From the NCBI GenBank assembly GCA_011109175.1, contig RDEW01000009.1, forward strand, positions 764,875-828,874: a DNA stretch of 64,000 nucleotides, given 5' to 3'. The notes below the pieces were generated by a model. That model saw nothing but the letters and a program-made list of their open reading frames with translations, searched no databases and had not been told where the DNA came from. This document shows positions 60,990-64,000 of the stretch, piece after piece; the stretch's first letter is position 1; each line of letters starts with the position of its first letter. Made by a program: the position numbers and the translations under genes. The stretch is from Dicyema japonicum. Lineage: Eukaryota; Animalia; Dicyemida.

Positions 60990-61399
60990 TAACTTTCTTT
61001 AATATCTATTTCTAAATTTAACGACGACTGTTTTCTATATGTATTTGTCCTTGCATGTTTATTTTTTTCAATATTTATCAATTTTTTCCGACTGTGACAC
61101 TAATTGTCAAAGTTTTTGGGTTCTTTACAGGCTTGAAAATTTATCAAACATTATCCCGAGATGATTCTGAGAGATACAAATAATATTTTTAATTTTATCG
61201 ATTATTGTTTCGTAAGAAAGTTTAAATATCATACGATAAACGGACGTTGAACAACAAGGACTATGATTTGTTTGCATAACATGCAGACACATGTGTACCA
61301 CTTTTGAGATGTAGGTTAGAGAAACTTTGAAGAGAATTATTCAATGGTACTGATGCACTTGTGTCCCTCTAAGCAATTATATTACCCCCTAGGTCAGAT

Positions 61400-62300
61400 A
61401 GCTCCAAGGGGCGCATGAGTGGCCAGTATACAAGCTGTCTACACTAACAAATTTGAAAAACCTCGTAATCTTATCGAAGTGTATTTAATAATTTGCAAGC
61501 CTAATAAAACGGTTAAAATAATGGAAAAATTGTTTTCTGGAGGCTTTCAAATCTCCTGGAAAAGGAAGACTATTTCAGAAAGGATCAATTTGGGTTTTTG
61601 TCCGGTACTATCAAGCGGTGATTATTTGTTTCAACTCCGAGATATGCAAAGTGTAGTTAATGGTTCGAAGAATGCAAACTTCGTTACCGAGAGTAGCTAT
61701 TATTCTTCTCTTGTTTATGGGAAGCTAAAGGAAATGGGCAGGATGATCCAGATTTTTAGATTTGTCAAGGAATTGTAAATTGAGCATCATGAAGCGGTCC
61801 CTGATTGGGAGAATTTTTGATTTTCAGAATTTTTGATTTTTAGACAGCCGTTCCGGTATTTTAGGGTTTTTGATTAGAGAAAAATGTGTTGTTTAAAACA
61901 ATTGACGACGGTCTGTAGTAAATATCATAAACTACTTTTCTGGGATTCCAGGTGAGCTGGAATCGCGATTGAAAAGGATAACAGAATAATTCTTGATTCG
62001 TGAAATCTTGGATATGATGTAAGCTTTGTTTGAATAAGAACAGTGTGCATATAATAGTTTTGTAAGAAGTTGTATAAATCAATACATTTTTTGAAAAGTT
62101 TGTTGATAATTCATATCTAATTAAAGAAAGCTTGACGTTTGTCCCATAGCCTCTAACAAGCAAACTCCCTGGAGCCCACAAAAGCCCGTATTTCCCATAT
62201 AACTGAATAGTCGTAGTCGCATAGGCACGTTCCTCGGTATTAAGGATTCCAGTGACATTGGAGAGGGGGAAACTAATTTTTAATGATATCTTTGTTCTGA
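61400..62300. mobile_element. Jockey/I LINE relics of the same family as 29770-31207 (plus strand to about 61800, minus beyond)
   Basis: 61520-61610 aligns with 30930-31020 (ATGGAAAAA.TTGT.TTCTGGAGGCTT...GAAGACTA.TTCAGAAA.GATCAATTTGG). Confidence 0.7.
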
Positions 62301-62899
62301 AGTTTATGATATGGAATTAAATATGTTTCAGTTTTCACGGTCGCAGAATCATAGACTATCAAATATTACACAAGTCCATCCAGGACCAGCGAAAAAAGTC
62401 CTTGCAGTTGTGTGAACCCCTTCAATGTCTCCGCAACGGTAGGACGTGTGATGAAAATGGAAGAGGGCAGACCTACTTCTCCACCACGTAAACCAGTGAT
62501 GGACTATTGAAGGATAGATTTGGTCGGTACATGCAGACGTTCTCCCTTTAGTTCATCCTTGAATTAATTAGTTATGACTACTGTGCTGGGCTTATAAAAG
62601 ATTGTAGTCCTAGGATTAATAAATAAATAATATGTGGGAGGCCAGCTATCAGCTGAAAGTGATGGGCTCTCCCATAAATCCATTTGAGTTATTGATGATT
62701 CTGTCCCAAAAAGATTTTATTATTATATGACCAAGTTGGTCAGGTTGAAGTTCACATGAATTCATAACTCATCTTCTCATGGTGAACTTTTTAGATAGAG
62801 GTAGAATTAAAATCTATCTAGTGTAGTAGAAATGTTATTTTATTAATTTTTTATTTTGGTTAATCGAAGCAGGATTCTTTGAGTCATTAAAAATGTAGA

Positions 62900-64000
62900 T
62901 TTTGCATTGGAAGAAATGTTCCCGTTTCCCCAATTTTGGACACCTTGGGTGCTATAAGCTAACAAGAAGGACCGCACAATCTCTGCCAAATTGGTCATTC
63001 CTCTCATGACTTGGGAATAGCGGCGAACGGAGGGAGCCCTCCCCTGGACCTATCTAACACGGATGAATGCCTACGCCGTTTGAATCGTCTTGTGTCGGAT
63101 AGGGTTATCTCACTTAGGATCCCAAGGTCCACGCGTATAACACCTGCCTCTTGTCTTCAAAGCTAATAACCAAGGAGGTCGATGACAATACTCAAGATGC
63201 CTGGATAGACCTTTTCTGCTTTGCACCTTTTGTCCTCGGATCACATCCAACCAAACTGAAAGAAGGGAACCTCAATTCAATCATCAAGAGAAATGCCTCT
63301 AAATGCGATACTGTTAACCTGGCGACTGCACTGGGAAGTCATGCTGATCATTCCCCCTCATCGTCTAGGATCAAAAGAGACAAGTAGGATATATGCAAAG
63401 AAGTGAATAAGAAGGTCATGGTCGGGGACATTCGGGGTGCCCTGAGTACGCTCTCCAGCAATGACACGGTTTTTTCACCAACTAAAGAAACCCTTGAACT
63501 CATCATCCAAAAACAACACCCCGTCGGATCTACGCGAGACAAAAATTGGGAAGAACATTCCACATTTGGCAACCACCACAGGTGATATACGATCTGCTAT
63601 TTCATCTTTCCCAGGAAGCAGCAGTGCTGGCTTGGACGAGTTACGTCCGAGCCATATGAAAGACTTTATTTCTTCCACAACCGCCGATGTGGGGAATTCC
63701 ATCATTAATTCAATAAAGACCCTTACAGACTGCATTCCTCGGGCTGATATCTCCGAGTATGCCAGAGGACTCCTCTTTGTATCCAAACTGATTGCCTTTA
63801 GAAAGTCTAAAACCCATCGCTATATACAACTGACGGCGAAGATTGCTGCCAGAGCAGCGAGCAAGACTCAAAGCCCCCTAAGCTCTACTCAACTTGGGGT
63901 TGGAGTTCCTCATGGATGCGATGCAGTAATCCACTCAATCCGAAACTTTGCTGCCAATCCGCCAGAAACTACGCATGCTATAATAGTCAAACTAGGCATC
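62900..64000 (+). mobile_element. CRE-clade retrotransposon 5'/RT portion, running off the window
   Basis: GDIRGALSTLSS, LIIQKQHP, SFPGSSSAGLDELRPSHMKD, LFVSKLIAFRK, QLGVGVPHGCDAVIHSIR. Several stops and indels. Confidence 0.85.

Overview
This is eukaryotic (animal) nuclear DNA, not prokaryotic. It is AT-rich and dense in transposons, and its housekeeping genes are split by very short (about 20-27 nt) GT-AG introns. These tiny introns, the metazoan-type genes and a short, divergent 18S fragment best fit a highly reduced animal parasite, most likely a dicyemid mesozoan (inference, not verified). Genes recognised after removing introns by hand: NOG1/GTPBP4, NAT10, acid ceramidase, DMC1, importin-alpha, VPS18 (3' part missing), claspin (5' part missing), SF3A1 (no ubiquitin-like domain) and tRNA-Arg(ACG). 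Most of the remainder is mobile DNA: one near-intact R4-clade retrotransposon with about 7 relics, plus CRE, RTE and Jockey/I LINE relics, hAT, Tigger/pogo and Tc1 elements, MITEs and a tRNA-derived SINE. A 1.7-kb rDNA fragment is bracketed by a 36-bp direct repeat. The best leads are: (1) a thrice-repeated, covarying 62-63 nt motif with HDV-ribozyme-like topology; (2) an SF3A1 lacking its U1-binding UBL domain in a tiny-intron genome; (3) R4 elements resembling those of microsporidia; (4) the repeat-flanked rDNA orphon; (5) two genes truncated on either side of one transposon cluster. Single-base indels in short homopolymers occur even in essential genes, so many frameshifts are probably assembly errors. 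Relic boundaries are approximate.
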